Origin: Promethearchaeota archaeon
GTDB taxonomy: Archaea > Asgardarchaeota > Lokiarchaeia > Sigyniarchaeales > SOKP01
NCBI GenBank assembly: GCA_048940925.1
Contig: JBHLOC010000003.1
Location: forward strand, 64,001-128,000
Direction of reading: 5' to 3'
Length of the DNA stretch: 64,000 nt
The position numbers and the translations under genes were made by a program. Positions 19,716 to 29,679 of the stretch are shown here, in pieces. Position 1 is the first letter of the stretch; each line of letters opens with the position of its first letter. The notes below the pieces were generated by a model that was given only the letters and a program-made list of their open reading frames with translations, searched no databases and was not told where the DNA came from.

Positions 19716-21290
19716 ATGAATAAAGTAAACAGAGTAATTTTTTGCATCATTGATGACGTCAGAGCAGAATTCTTTTTTAATTTAATGCGTAAAGGATTCC
19801 TCCCTAACATGAAGAAATTAATGAAGCAGGGGATTTATTCAGAGAATTGTATAACAGATTTTCCTCCCATTACGTATCCTACCCAAGTATCTCTTTTAAC
19901 AGGAACTTACACGGGAAATTATAAACAAGAATTATGTCATGGCATTCCCTTAATGAATTGGATGGATCGTGATTATTCTCCCCCAATTCTGAGAAGTTAT
20001 GCTGCTATAGATATGCAAATCTATAAGCTTAATAGCGAAATTGAGAATAATTGTAAAACTATTCTTGAAATGATAGATGAAGGTAATACTGTAAGTATAA
20101 CACAATTTATCAGCAGAGGATCAAATTATTTTTTTCCTGAAAGAAAAACAACACTTGCTTTGTACTATCTCATTTTGAAGTATTTTCCAAGTGTAAAGAG
20201 AAGGCTTATTAGAGCTAATTCGGGAGTAGTGCAAAAATTAATTGGAGTTTTTGAGAAACCAAAAAGGTTTTTTGAAAACTCAGAACCTCCTATCTGCTCT
20301 TTAATATGGTTTATATCCTCTGATTTATTAATGCATGCCTATGGTTATGATTCAAAAATCTATAAATTAAACATTTTGCATATTGATAAAGTCATTGGAA
20401 TATTAATGGATACTTTAGAAAAAATGGGATATTTAGATGATACTGCAATAGTAATTACTTCAGATCATGGTAATTATAAAGCAAATAAAGTGGGAAATTT
20501 AACAGATTTTTTTACGCAAAATAAGCTTACTCATTATCATCCTCGCAAAAATTTAAAGGGAAATATGAACATTTCTGAATATGCGGGTGTAGGATTTTTC
20601 AATTTCAAAGGTCTAACTGATCCAGAAGATATTTATAAATGGGCACGTCCTTCTCTTAAGGAGCTTGAAAATTATGGTCCAAGAAGAATAAATTTGTTAG
20701 AAAAATTATTTAAAATAGAAGGAAGTCTTATGATGTATTATAGAGATGATGAGAATACACATAAGAAGGGAGTTATTTATTTAAAGAAAAAATGCAATCA
20801 AAATGGTAAAACTTTATCTGGAACAATTGAATATCAAGGACGAGGTAATGAATATAAAACTTGTTATATATCTGATGATAGTGATAACGATATTTTTGGC
20901 TATTTAAATGATGATAAAGCAAGAGGATTAATGGATAAAAGATTTCATTCTATAAATGAATGGTTGGAAGCAACTTATCATCTTAATTTCCCTATATTTC
21001 CTGATTTAATTCCTCGCCATTTTAAAAATCCCAGAAGCTGCGATATAATATTGAGTAATGATGGCACTGTTGTTTTTAACATCCATCATGGAAAACAAAA
21101 AAATAAGAATTTATATGACCATGATCTTGGGCTAAGAAAATGTATGGTTGTTCCCCTAATAATTGGAGGCTCATTGGAAATTCCCTCCAAACTTATTCCA
21201 TTTTGTAAAATTACAGATATAGTTCCAACGTTGTTGAAACTTTTAGGAAAAACACCACATAAAAGTGTTATGGGAGAAAGCCTAATATGA
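19716..21290 (+). CDS. Alkaline phosphatase superfamily, nucleotide pyrophosphatase/phosphodiesterase
   Basis: IIDD, FPPITYP (Thr nucleophile), DLLMH, TSDHG, C-terminal DH. Confidence 0.85.
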   Translation: MNKVNRVIFCIIDDVRAEFFFNLMRKGFLPNMKKLMKQGIYSENCITDFPPITYPTQVSLLTGTYTGNYKQELCHGIPLMNWMDRDYSPPILRSYAAIDMQIYKLNSEIENNCKTILEMIDEGNTVSITQFISRGSNYFFPERKTTLALYYLILKYFPSVKRRLIRANSGVVQKLIGVFEKPKRFFENSEPPICSLIWFISSDLLMHAYGYDSKIYKLNILHIDKVIGILMDTLEKMGYLDDTAIVITSDHGNYKANKVGNLTDFFTQNKLTHYHPRKNLKGNMNISEYAGVGFFNFKGLTDPEDIYKWARPSLKELENYGPRRINLLEKLFKIEGSLMMYYRDDENTHKKGVIYLKKKCNQNGKTLSGTIEYQGRGNEYKTCYISDDSDNDIFGYLNDDKARGLMDKRFHSINEWLEATYHLNFPIFPDLIPRHFKNPRSCDIILSNDGTVVFNIHHGKQKNKNLYDHDLGLRKCMVVPLIIGGSLEIPSKLIPFCKITDIVPTLLKLLGKTPHKSVMGESLI

Positions 21291-21336
21291 ATTTGTAGAA
21301 ATTCGATTTTTTTAAATATTTAAAATCTAATTTAAG

Positions 21337-21864
21337 TTAATTTTTACTTTTATATAAGTTAATTGAATAATTCACTATCTCTTTTGCACCTTCAGCATTT
21401 TTCCATTCTTTAAATTTAACCCATTTATGTGGCTCTAGTCTTTTATAAGTTTCATAAAACTCCTGAATTTCGATTAGTTTGTGTTTATGTACATCTTGAA
21501 TATCATTATATCCACTAAATCTTGCATCATTGATTAAAACGGAGAGTATTTTTGGGTCATCTCCATGCTCATCTTCAATAATCAACGCTCCAATAACTCG
21601 AACCTTTACAATACATCCCACTTCTAGTGGTTCATAACTTAATACCATTATATCAAGAGGATCGTTATCATCGGAGAGAGTCATAGGTACGAAACCATAT
21701 TCTACAGGAAAGATCACAGAGGAGGGTATAATTCGATCCAATACAAAGGCTTCCCATTCTTGTTTGTACTCATATTTATCTCTTGATCCCGTAATCACTT
21801 CAATTACTGCATTTAAAATGAGTGGAGGGCTGTCTCCAGGCGGAATATTGCTCCATAAATTCAT
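21337..21864 (-). CDS. ppa: Inorganic pyrophosphatase (family I)
   Basis: KYEY, LDR, YGFVP, DNDPLD, D.K, YKRLE. Confidence 0.96.
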   Translation of the reverse strand: MNLWSNIPPGDSPPLILNAVIEVITGSRDKYEYKQEWEAFVLDRIIPSSVIFPVEYGFVPMTLSDDNDPLDIMVLSYEPLEVGCIVKVRVIGALIIEDEHGDDPKILSVLINDARFSGYNDIQDVHKHKLIEIQEFYETYKRLEPHKWVKFKEWKNAEGAKEIVNYSINLYKSKN

Positions 21865-21980
21865 AATAATCTAAATTTTATAATTTTTTTATTTTATTTC
21901 TTTATAAGTTAAATATAAAAAAGAAATTTTGTTTGGACACTAACAATCTCAAGTTTTTAATGATTCTTCTAACAATCAAT

Positions 21981-22007
21981 CTATATAGAATATATAGGAT
22001 ATATAGA
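21981..22007 (+). promoter_or_regulatory. Candidate phosphate-regulon box (3 x 9-bp NTATATAGR)
   Basis: CTATATAGA-ATATATAGG-ATATATAGA; near-identical copy upstream of pstS. Confidence 0.55.
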
Positions 22008-22251
22008 TGGATTATTCAAGATTTATTTAATACATATAATAAATATATCACTATATAATATTACTAATTGAATTAAAATAAGAAATAAAAGAAGTAGGTA
22101 TAGACAAAAGAGTTAACAGGTCTTATGAAGAGGCAACTTTTATTCTCACTAGTTTTAATAATTGGAATTGCTTTTGGTATAATCTTTGCTGTTATAGATA
22201 ATTATATCAGAGCTTTTGTATAGAGAAAAATTAAAAAATAACCTATAAATT

Positions 22252-23376
22252 ATGAAGCCCTCTCGTAAAGCGAAGAAACGTGGAAAAAGTGCCATTATAA
22301 TTGTTTTTTTAATTGGATTCATAGTAGGTTTGCTCTCTACTAATTTCGTTCTTGAAAGTAGAAAAAAAAAAATCACTATTACAATTATCTATAGCTCTGA
22401 AAAAGCAAGCTGGATGACTATAGCATATTCAGATTTTATGTCTGAGTGGCAAAAAACACACCCTGATGAAAAAATAACCATTGATATGCATCCATATGGT
22501 TCTTCAGACTCAATAATCAGTATCTTAAATAATGAAATTTATCCAACAATTTGGAGCCCTGCAAGTTCTATTTGGTTGCCAATCTTAAATACTAAATGGA
22601 GAGATTTAACAAAAATAGAAGAACCAATTGTAAATATTAGTGAAGCTATAAAAATAATTTATTCACCAGTTGTAATTGCTACATGGCAATCTTTTAATCA
22701 ATCCTATAATATCAGAGGATTTTCTGACATTTATAATTTGAGTGTAAATCCAAATGTAGATGTTAAAATGGCTCATACAGATCCTAGATTGTCAAATTCT
22801 GGTTTTATGAGTGTTATAATGGCATTATCTGCAGCATCAGGGGTTTCTTCAGTAAATTTATCTATAGCAGAGCTCACCAACACAACTAATCAAAAATGGT
22901 TTAAAAAATTTGAATCAAGCGCAGTATTATATGGAAAATCTACTGGATTTTTAGCCCGTTATATGCAAAGTGAAGGACCCCGTGCCTTAAATATAGTGTT
23001 CTTATATGAAAATTTAATAAGGGATATTTCAAGCACATCAACAGGGGGAAAAGTTATTGCTATTTATCCTAAAGAGGGAACATTACTTAGTGATCATCCT
23101 TTTTGTATATTAAATGCTGAATGGGTAACTCCTGAACGAAGAGCCGTAGCTGAGGCTTTTCTTAATTTCCTTAATGAAAGTGATACAGTTAAATCTGCTA
23201 TTGAATATGGTTTTAGACCCATCAATCCTTCAATCCCTTTAGATCCGAATGTATTCAATTATGAAACTAATGGAATTGCTCTTGAATTTAATGTACCTAT
23301 ATTAGAGCCACCAAATGAGGGAAATGTTTTATTAAAAATCCCTGATTTTTGGCTACTTACTAAAGCAACAGGATAA
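22252..23376 (+). CDS. ABC transporter substrate-binding protein (SBP_bac_11-like), N-terminal membrane anchor
   Basis: YSSEK, WSPASS, DPRLSNSG, GKSTGFL, YPKEGTLLSDHPF, YGFRP. Confidence 0.8.
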   Translation: MKPSRKAKKRGKSAIIIVFLIGFIVGLLSTNFVLESRKKKITITIIYSSEKASWMTIAYSDFMSEWQKTHPDEKITIDMHPYGSSDSIISILNNEIYPTIWSPASSIWLPILNTKWRDLTKIEEPIVNISEAIKIIYSPVVIATWQSFNQSYNIRGFSDIYNLSVNPNVDVKMAHTDPRLSNSGFMSVIMALSAASGVSSVNLSIAELTNTTNQKWFKKFESSAVLYGKSTGFLARYMQSEGPRALNIVFLYENLIRDISSTSTGGKVIAIYPKEGTLLSDHPFCILNAEWVTPERRAVAEAFLNFLNESDTVKSAIEYGFRPINPSIPLDPNVFNYETNGIALEFNVPILEPPNEGNVLLKIPDFWLLTKATG

Positions 23377-23427
23377 TATTTAATTATTATTAAATGAAAG
23401 AAAGATTCTACTAAAAAACATCAGAGT

Positions 23428-25074
23428 ATGAGGAAAAATAAAAGCATAGATGATAGTAAATTAATACTTAGTCTAAAAATAGATAGATTTTTTTCCAAAC
23501 CAGTATATAGAAAGAGTTTAGATGTTATCACTATAGGCTTTTTTATTTTAGTAATTATTGGTCCAATAATTAACATATTTTCTACAATTCTTTTGAATAT
23601 TCCCGCAATAAACCATGATGTGTTTAATGACGAATTATTGGGCAATTTACAGTGGTTTAATATCTTAAAATCCCTTGGATATTCTTTCACAATTGCTTCT
23701 ATTGCTGTCGGAGTAGATATTATAATAGGTTTTCCTATCTCAATTATTTTAACGCGATACAATTTTAGAGGTAAAAAATTTCTTGATGCATTAGTGGATT
23801 TACCTATGGCTGTGCCTACAAGTGCGTTAGGATTTTCTGTATTGTTATTTTGGGCAGTATTTGGAATTGAACCAGGATTTACTTTAATACTTCTTGGTCA
23901 TATCGTATTCACATTTCCATATATAGTACGAAATATTAAAATTGTGCTAGAAAAGACATCTACATTATATGAAGATGCGGCTCTTACTCTTGGTGCTCCA
24001 GGATTCACTGTATTTCGAACTATTACTTTACCTTTAATGAAAGAGGGGTTAATAGCTGGAGCTATACTTTCCTTTACAAGAAGTCTAGGTGAGACAGGTG
24101 CGACACTTATACTTTCAGGTTTGATAGAAACAGCTCCAATTTTGATAGTGGGATTTAGAAGACAATTAGAACTCCCCTCTGCTTCATTATTAGCTGGAAT
24201 TTTAATTGCAATATCAATTTTACTCTTATTTTCAGTTAAATTTTTTACTCGAAAAGCTGGATTTCCAATTAAATCTGTCTGGCCAAGGATTGAACGCTTT
24301 TTAAGTCATAAATATTTAAGATATTTAAGAGATATTTTAGCTTTATTAATCCTTTTAGGTCTGATTTTATTTCCTGCCTTTTATATTATAACTCAAATTA
24401 TAGGTGAAGATTGGATATCAGAATTATTTTTAGGGCAAGATTATAAATGGGTATATCTATATATAAGTATTATATATTCAATAGAAATAGGAGCTTTAGC
24501 TGTTTTAATTAACCTTATATTTGGTATCCCATTTGCTTTCATTATTACAAAAAGAAAGTGGGGTAAAGTTATAACATTTCTTGATACCATTCTTGATATC
24601 CCAATTGCTATTCCCTCAGCAGCTTTAGGATTTGCTACTTTCTTATTTTGGGGTCCCGCAGGATTCGGACTTTTTAAATCTGGTTTTTATATGATTTTAT
24701 TTGTACATATTGCATTTACTTTTCCCTATATGGTTAGACCAATTATTGGGGTATTGGAAGCTTCAGATAAAGGAGTAGAAGAAGCTGCTCGTACTTTAGG
24801 CGCTTCTAATTTAACTGTCTTTAGAAGAATAACCCTTCCAAATATAAAGCAAGGAATCATTGCTGGATGTATCATGGTATTTACACGTTCTTTAGGAGAA
24901 ACAGGGGCTACTATTGTAGTTATGGGCAGTATTAGAACAGTGCCGGTATTAATTGTAGATTGGGTAGAAAGTAATGCGTATGCTTCCGCAATTTTTGCGA
25001 GTGTTGTCGTTATAATTATTAGTGCAATATTGATTTTTGCTTTACGAGCTGTTACAAAAAGGAGGTTAATGTAA
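23428..25074 (+). CDS. ABC importer permease, two fused ModB/CysT-like domains
   Basis: Two EAA loops (EDAALTLGA, EEAARTLGA); two DLP.A.P and FTRSLGETGAT repeats. Confidence 0.9.
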   Translation: MRKNKSIDDSKLILSLKIDRFFSKPVYRKSLDVITIGFFILVIIGPIINIFSTILLNIPAINHDVFNDELLGNLQWFNILKSLGYSFTIASIAVGVDIIIGFPISIILTRYNFRGKKFLDALVDLPMAVPTSALGFSVLLFWAVFGIEPGFTLILLGHIVFTFPYIVRNIKIVLEKTSTLYEDAALTLGAPGFTVFRTITLPLMKEGLIAGAILSFTRSLGETGATLILSGLIETAPILIVGFRRQLELPSASLLAGILIAISILLLFSVKFFTRKAGFPIKSVWPRIERFLSHKYLRYLRDILALLILLGLILFPAFYIITQIIGEDWISELFLGQDYKWVYLYISIIYSIEIGALAVLINLIFGIPFAFIITKRKWGKVITFLDTILDIPIAIPSAALGFATFLFWGPAGFGLFKSGFYMILFVHIAFTFPYMVRPIIGVLEASDKGVEEAARTLGASNLTVFRRITLPNIKQGIIAGCIMVFTRSLGETGATIVVMGSIRTVPVLIVDWVESNAYASAIFASVVVIIISAILIFALRAVTKRRLM

Positions 25075-25076
25075 AA

Positions 25077-26222
25077 GTGCCAACTATAGAATTAATTAAT
25101 GTTACAAAAACATATAATGAGGGGAGAGTTCTTGCCGTTGACAATATTTCCATAAAAATAGAAGATGGTGATTATATCTTTTTAATTGGACCTACCGGAT
25201 GTGGTAAGACAACAACACTCAGAATGATAGCAGGTTTAGAACAACCGACTAAAGGGAAAGTTTTAATAGATGGAAAAAATGTTGAGGGTATTCCTCCAGA
25301 AGATAGAGATATGGGATTTATTTTTCAAAATTTTGAAATATTCAATCATTTAACTATATGGGAAAATGTTACATTTGGCTTAGAAATGCGGGGTTATAAT
25401 GACCAGTATATTATTGATAATGCAGAAAAAGCTTTAGAAATCGTTGGTTTATTACAATATGCTGACGATTACCCAGACATTTTTGGTAACCCAGGGTTAC
25501 AGAAATTAGGAATAGCACGAGCTATTGCAATAGGTGCTAAGATTCTAATAATGGACGAGCCTTTAGGTTCTTTAGATCCAAAAATTTCGAAAGTTTTCCG
25601 TCATGAGCTTCGGAATTTAATTAAAGATTTAGGTCTTACTGCTATACATGTAACACATAACCAAGAAGAGGCAATGGCTATTGCTGATAAAATCATTATC
25701 ATGAGAGCGGGACGAATTCTTCAAATGGGAACTCCTTATGAATTATATGAAAATCCAGATACTATTTTTGTAGCCAACTTTCTAGGAGAGACTAATTTTC
25801 TTCAAGGTTTTGTCTTAAAATTACTAGATAATGAATTAATGGAAATTTGGATACGTTTAGGGGGACCTAAGTTAATTTGTCTTAATTTTAATAAGAAATT
25901 TAATTTGGATGATAATATTGTGATTTCATTTCGTTTTGAAGATGTATATTTATTTTCTAAAGATTATAATTTTGAAAAAAGTCAATATGAATGGACTAAA
26001 ATGCAATTTTTTGAAGCAATTCTAGAAACATCTAGATTTATTGGAGCTACGAAGAGATTTTATTTAATCTTAGATAATGGTGATAAATTTATATCAATTA
26101 AACCAGGAAATTTTGAAGAAAATTTTATTCCAGGAGAGAAATTAATAATTGGGATTCATCAAGATGATATCAATGTATTTAAGGCTCCAGATAACCTTCT
26201 TTATGAATTGTCATTATCATAA
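25077..26222 (+). CDS. ABC ATP-binding protein (PotA/CysA-like, TOBE), degenerate signature motif
   Basis: GPTGCGKT, FQN, MDEP, VTHN; LSGGQ replaced by FGNPG. Confidence 0.9.
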   Translation: MPTIELINVTKTYNEGRVLAVDNISIKIEDGDYIFLIGPTGCGKTTTLRMIAGLEQPTKGKVLIDGKNVEGIPPEDRDMGFIFQNFEIFNHLTIWENVTFGLEMRGYNDQYIIDNAEKALEIVGLLQYADDYPDIFGNPGLQKLGIARAIAIGAKILIMDEPLGSLDPKISKVFRHELRNLIKDLGLTAIHVTHNQEEAMAIADKIIIMRAGRILQMGTPYELYENPDTIFVANFLGETNFLQGFVLKLLDNELMEIWIRLGGPKLICLNFNKKFNLDDNIVISFRFEDVYLFSKDYNFEKSQYEWTKMQFFEAILETSRFIGATKRFYLILDNGDKFISIKPGNFEENFIPGEKLIIGIHQDDINVFKAPDNLLYELSLS

Positions 26223-26241
26223 CAAAAAAAGTATTAATATT

Positions 26242-27465
26242 ATGGTACATATAAATTTGAAAAATGTGACTAAATCTTTTAGAAATATTAAAGTTCTTAA
26301 TGAAATTTCACTTGAGATTAAAGATAAAGAGTATTTCATAATCCTTGGACCTACAGGAGCAGGTAAAACTACATTACTTAAGATTATTGCAGGACTTATT
26401 AGACCTGACTCTGGACAAATATTGTTTAATAGTAAAGATGTGACTAAAAAAACTGCGGGAGAGCGTAATATAGGATTTATGTTTGAAAATTATGCGTTAT
26501 TTCCTCACATGAATATTGTGGAGAATATATCGTATAGTGGAAGAGTCCATGCACGAGATTCCGCACAAACTCAAACCTTAGTTGATCAAATTTTGATGAT
26601 GACTTTGCTTACAGGTAGAAATGATGCTATACCTGAAGAACTAAGTGGAGGAATGAAGCAAAGAGTAGCATTATGTCGATCTCTTTTGAATCTCGAACAA
26701 TCAAAATTGTTAATTTTAGATGAGCCTCTAAAAGCGCTTGATGCTGGCCTTAGGAATAGCCTGAGAAGAGAATTGTTGCTAATGGCAAAATCAAAAGAAT
26801 TAGAATTGACAGTATTACATGTTACTAATAATGAACGTGAAGCAATGATGGTCGCCGATAGAATCGCGTTATTAAATGAAGGGAAAATAGTTCAAATTGG
26901 AAGCCCTTATGAAATCTATTATGAGCCTAAAAATCTTTTTGTAGCGTACTTTATGAGTGAAATTAACTACTTTAATGGAATTTGCGTAAAAAACACAGAG
27001 CCTAAGTGGGATATTTATCGTAAATCAGAACAAGGAGATAGATTTTTCGCACAAATTCATGAAAGTTTAGTTCCATTACCATTAGACATAGGATTAAATG
27101 AAATTTTTGCGGGATACTTGAAAGAGTCATTATATAGTGAAATTGGGCAGGGAGATAAAATATTGTTAGTTGTTCGCGCAAATCATATGAAAATACGACT
27201 TGGTAATCGTATTAACGAAAAAAAAAATTCAATTTTAGGTAAAATAATTCGACGTAAATTTATGGGAGTATTTTATCGATTTGAAGTATTAACAGAGATA
27301 AGTAATCAAGAAAAAAAAATTGTGGTTATTAGACCTGCTACTTATGAAATCCATGATAGATTTTTAGAGGGATCAGAAGTAACAGTATATTTCCCTAAAG
27401 AATTAGGAATAGTATTCAAACATCCAGGTGATGATGTAATAAAAGAAGTATTAAAATTAGAATAA
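26242..27465 (+). CDS. ABC ATP-binding protein (PotA/CysA-like), degenerate Q-loop and H-switch
   Basis: GPTGAGKT, LSGGM, LDEP; Q-loop FEN, H-switch VTNN; ATG 26242 preferred over the overlapping 26149 start. Confidence 0.9.
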   Translation: MVHINLKNVTKSFRNIKVLNEISLEIKDKEYFIILGPTGAGKTTLLKIIAGLIRPDSGQILFNSKDVTKKTAGERNIGFMFENYALFPHMNIVENISYSGRVHARDSAQTQTLVDQILMMTLLTGRNDAIPEELSGGMKQRVALCRSLLNLEQSKLLILDEPLKALDAGLRNSLRRELLLMAKSKELELTVLHVTNNEREAMMVADRIALLNEGKIVQIGSPYEIYYEPKNLFVAYFMSEINYFNGICVKNTEPKWDIYRKSEQGDRFFAQIHESLVPLPLDIGLNEIFAGYLKESLYSEIGQGDKILLVVRANHMKIRLGNRINEKKNSILGKIIRRKFMGVFYRFEVLTEISNQEKKIVVIRPATYEIHDRFLEGSEVTVYFPKELGIVFKHPGDDVIKEVLKLE

Positions 27466-27522
27466 GAATTTTAAATATTTTTAAAAATGATAACGAATAT
27501 ATAATTAAAGGAGAGTAGATTT

Positions 27523-28209
27523 ATGAGTTCCTTATTACGTTATTTTAGTACTAGAAATGAAGAAAACGCAATGAACATGACTTTAATTCATACTCAGAAA
27601 GTCCTTGAATGTATAGTTGAATTTGAGAAGGGTTTATCTTTCCTGCTTGAAGAAAAAAATATTGACCTTGCATTAAAAGTTTTTTTTAGAGTAGATGAAT
27701 TAGAACATCAAGCAGACAATATTCGTAGAAATATTCTAAATATGTTATCCCAAGCAGAACTTCCTTCGAAAATACGTGAGAATTTTATGCACCTTATTAA
27801 AAGAATTGATGATATAGCAAATGCAACAAATGCAAGTTCTAGAATTCTGATCTCTATGAATCATAAAGACTTTATGAATTTAGGGGAAGATGTTCATAAA
27901 AATATCCTAGATATCTCAAGAGATTCAGTAGAAGCTGTTAAAAAGGTTAATCTTATGGTAGATAAACTTATCAAAGCAGAAGAAGAAAAAGAAATCCAAA
28001 GTTTGGGAGAAGAAGTTAATGTTTTAGAACATGAATGTGATGAAAAGCGTTATGCAATAAATCGGAGCTTAGTTTTGAATAATCTTGATATTAACCCATT
28101 TAGTGCAATAATAATTCATAATTGTATATCTGCTATGGAGGCTATTAGTGATAACGCTGAAGATGTTGCTGATTATATTATTATGTTAACACTAGCAAAA
28201 AGAACTTAA
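27523..28209 (+). CDS. DUF47 / PhoU_div phosphate transport regulator
   Basis: LEHQAD..RR, RIDDIAN, LEHECD, EAISDNAEDVAD. Confidence 0.88.
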   Translation: MSSLLRYFSTRNEENAMNMTLIHTQKVLECIVEFEKGLSFLLEEKNIDLALKVFFRVDELEHQADNIRRNILNMLSQAELPSKIRENFMHLIKRIDDIANATNASSRILISMNHKDFMNLGEDVHKNILDISRDSVEAVKKVNLMVDKLIKAEEEKEIQSLGEEVNVLEHECDEKRYAINRSLVLNNLDINPFSAIIIHNCISAMEAISDNAEDVADYIIMLTLAKRT

Positions 28210-28243
28210 AAAAAATTATTTGTAGATTACACACTTCAAAAAT

Positions 28244-28864
28244 TTAATTATTCTCTTTATTTCTTTTTTGCAGATTAGAATTCTTTTTTAAAAGTTTAAT
28301 TGATTCTTCTCTCGCTTTTAGAAGATTTCGTTCTTTAACTCCTTCCATTTCTTTAGACGGTAAGACTTTTTCCTTTATCACCTTTTTAAAAAGTAAATAT
28401 TCCTCTTTTCTTGAAATAAATGGATCAACCTTCTCTTCATGTATGAATTCTTCTATAGATGTATTTTTTCCATTACAATTCCCTTCAGTAAGATCGAATC
28501 GATTATTTTTATACACTAAAAAACAATGCACCATTGGTACATAAGGAATGTTATATTTTTTCAGAATTTCATTTGTACCATGTGAGATTTCTTCTGTAAA
28601 TTTATAAATTCCCACATGTTTATAGAGTGGTATGTCAAGTTCTTCCGCAAGTCCTGCAATGACAGCATGTTTAGTTGTACAAGTTCCCATATTTTCTTTA
28701 AACAAAATCATCTTGTCTTCATAATCTGTATTATATCCATAATCAATATTATGGATAAGATTACAGGCTTCTCTAAATGAATTAATTCCTAGATTTATAA
28801 ATTTCTTTGATAATTGTCCAACAGGTTTAATTTCAGCATCAGGCAAATTATTATATGTATCCAT
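28244..28864 (-). CDS. Transglutaminase-like (Cys-His-Asp) protein
   Basis: YGYN, GTCTTKHA, VHCFL, FDLT. Confidence 0.6.
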   Translation of the reverse strand: MDTYNNLPDAEIKPVGQLSKKFINLGINSFREACNLIHNIDYGYNTDYEDKMILFKENMGTCTTKHAVIAGLAEELDIPLYKHVGIYKFTEEISHGTNEILKKYNIPYVPMVHCFLVYKNNRFDLTEGNCNGKNTSIEEFIHEEKVDPFISRKEEYLLFKKVIKEKVLPSKEMEGVKERNLLKAREESIKLLKKNSNLQKRNKENN

Positions 28865-29015
28865 AATAGTCTACTTAGTTATTTAAATAGCTTTTATATT
28901 TATCACTAAATTATGATTTATAAGATTAATTTCTAATAATTATAAGATGAATTTGAGTATGTAATCTTTTTTTTATAAATCTGGATTTTAATTATTATAA
29001 ATAAAGAAAAAAAAA

Positions 29016-29669
29016 TTAAGAAATCTCTTTATGTTTACCAGTTACCATATAGTGAACTTTTTCAGCAATTTTACAAGCATTATCACCACATCTTTCTAAA
29101 TATCGCGCAATCATGGCAAAAAAGGCACAAGGAGTGATTGTTTTAGGATCTTCCATCATATAGGTCAAACATTCTCGAAAGATTGACCATCTCATTTCAT
29201 CAATTTCATCATCCCTCTCCTTAAATTTTTCGATGTACTTTATATCAGCCTCATCAAAAGCTTCTATTGCATTTTCAATCATCAGTTTTACATGTTCCCA
29301 CATATGTTCTAAGTTAATAAATGGGGCAGGATATGGATGTTTTTTTGAAATTTCCTCAACAACTGAAGCAATATCTTTTCCATATCTCCCAATCCTTGCA
29401 AGGTAGGTAATTGTCTTTAAAATAGTTGCTAATCTTCTGAGATCTATTGCCATTGGTTGATAAAGCGCTATTAATTTTAATGCTTTTGACTCTATATTTG
29501 CATCAAATTCTCTAATCTTATATTTCTTTTCCACCGTAGTTTTAGCTAGTTCAATATCTTGAGTCGCTAAAGCTTTCATTGAATCATCTAACATACTCAA
29601 AGCTAAATCAGCCATTTGAACAACTTCTTTTTTTAATGTAAAAATTTCTCGGTGCAATTCTTTTGCCAT
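29016..29669 (-). CDS. phoU: Phosphate signalling protein PhoU
   Basis: QPMAIDLR, LARIGRY, RYLERCGDNA; directly downstream of pstB. Confidence 0.95.
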   Translation of the reverse strand: MAKELHREIFTLKKEVVQMADLALSMLDDSMKALATQDIELAKTTVEKKYKIREFDANIESKALKLIALYQPMAIDLRRLATILKTITYLARIGRYGKDIASVVEEISKKHPYPAPFINLEHMWEHVKLMIENAIEAFDEADIKYIEKFKERDDEIDEMRWSIFRECLTYMMEDPKTITPCAFFAMIARYLERCGDNACKIAEKVHYMVTGKHKEIS

Positions 29670-29679
29670 TAAAATTCAC

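Noticed and set aside
26149-26241. Extended N-terminus of the second ABC ATPase in the ORF track
   Set aside because: Overlaps the upstream gene; family-typical N-terminus begins at ATG 26242
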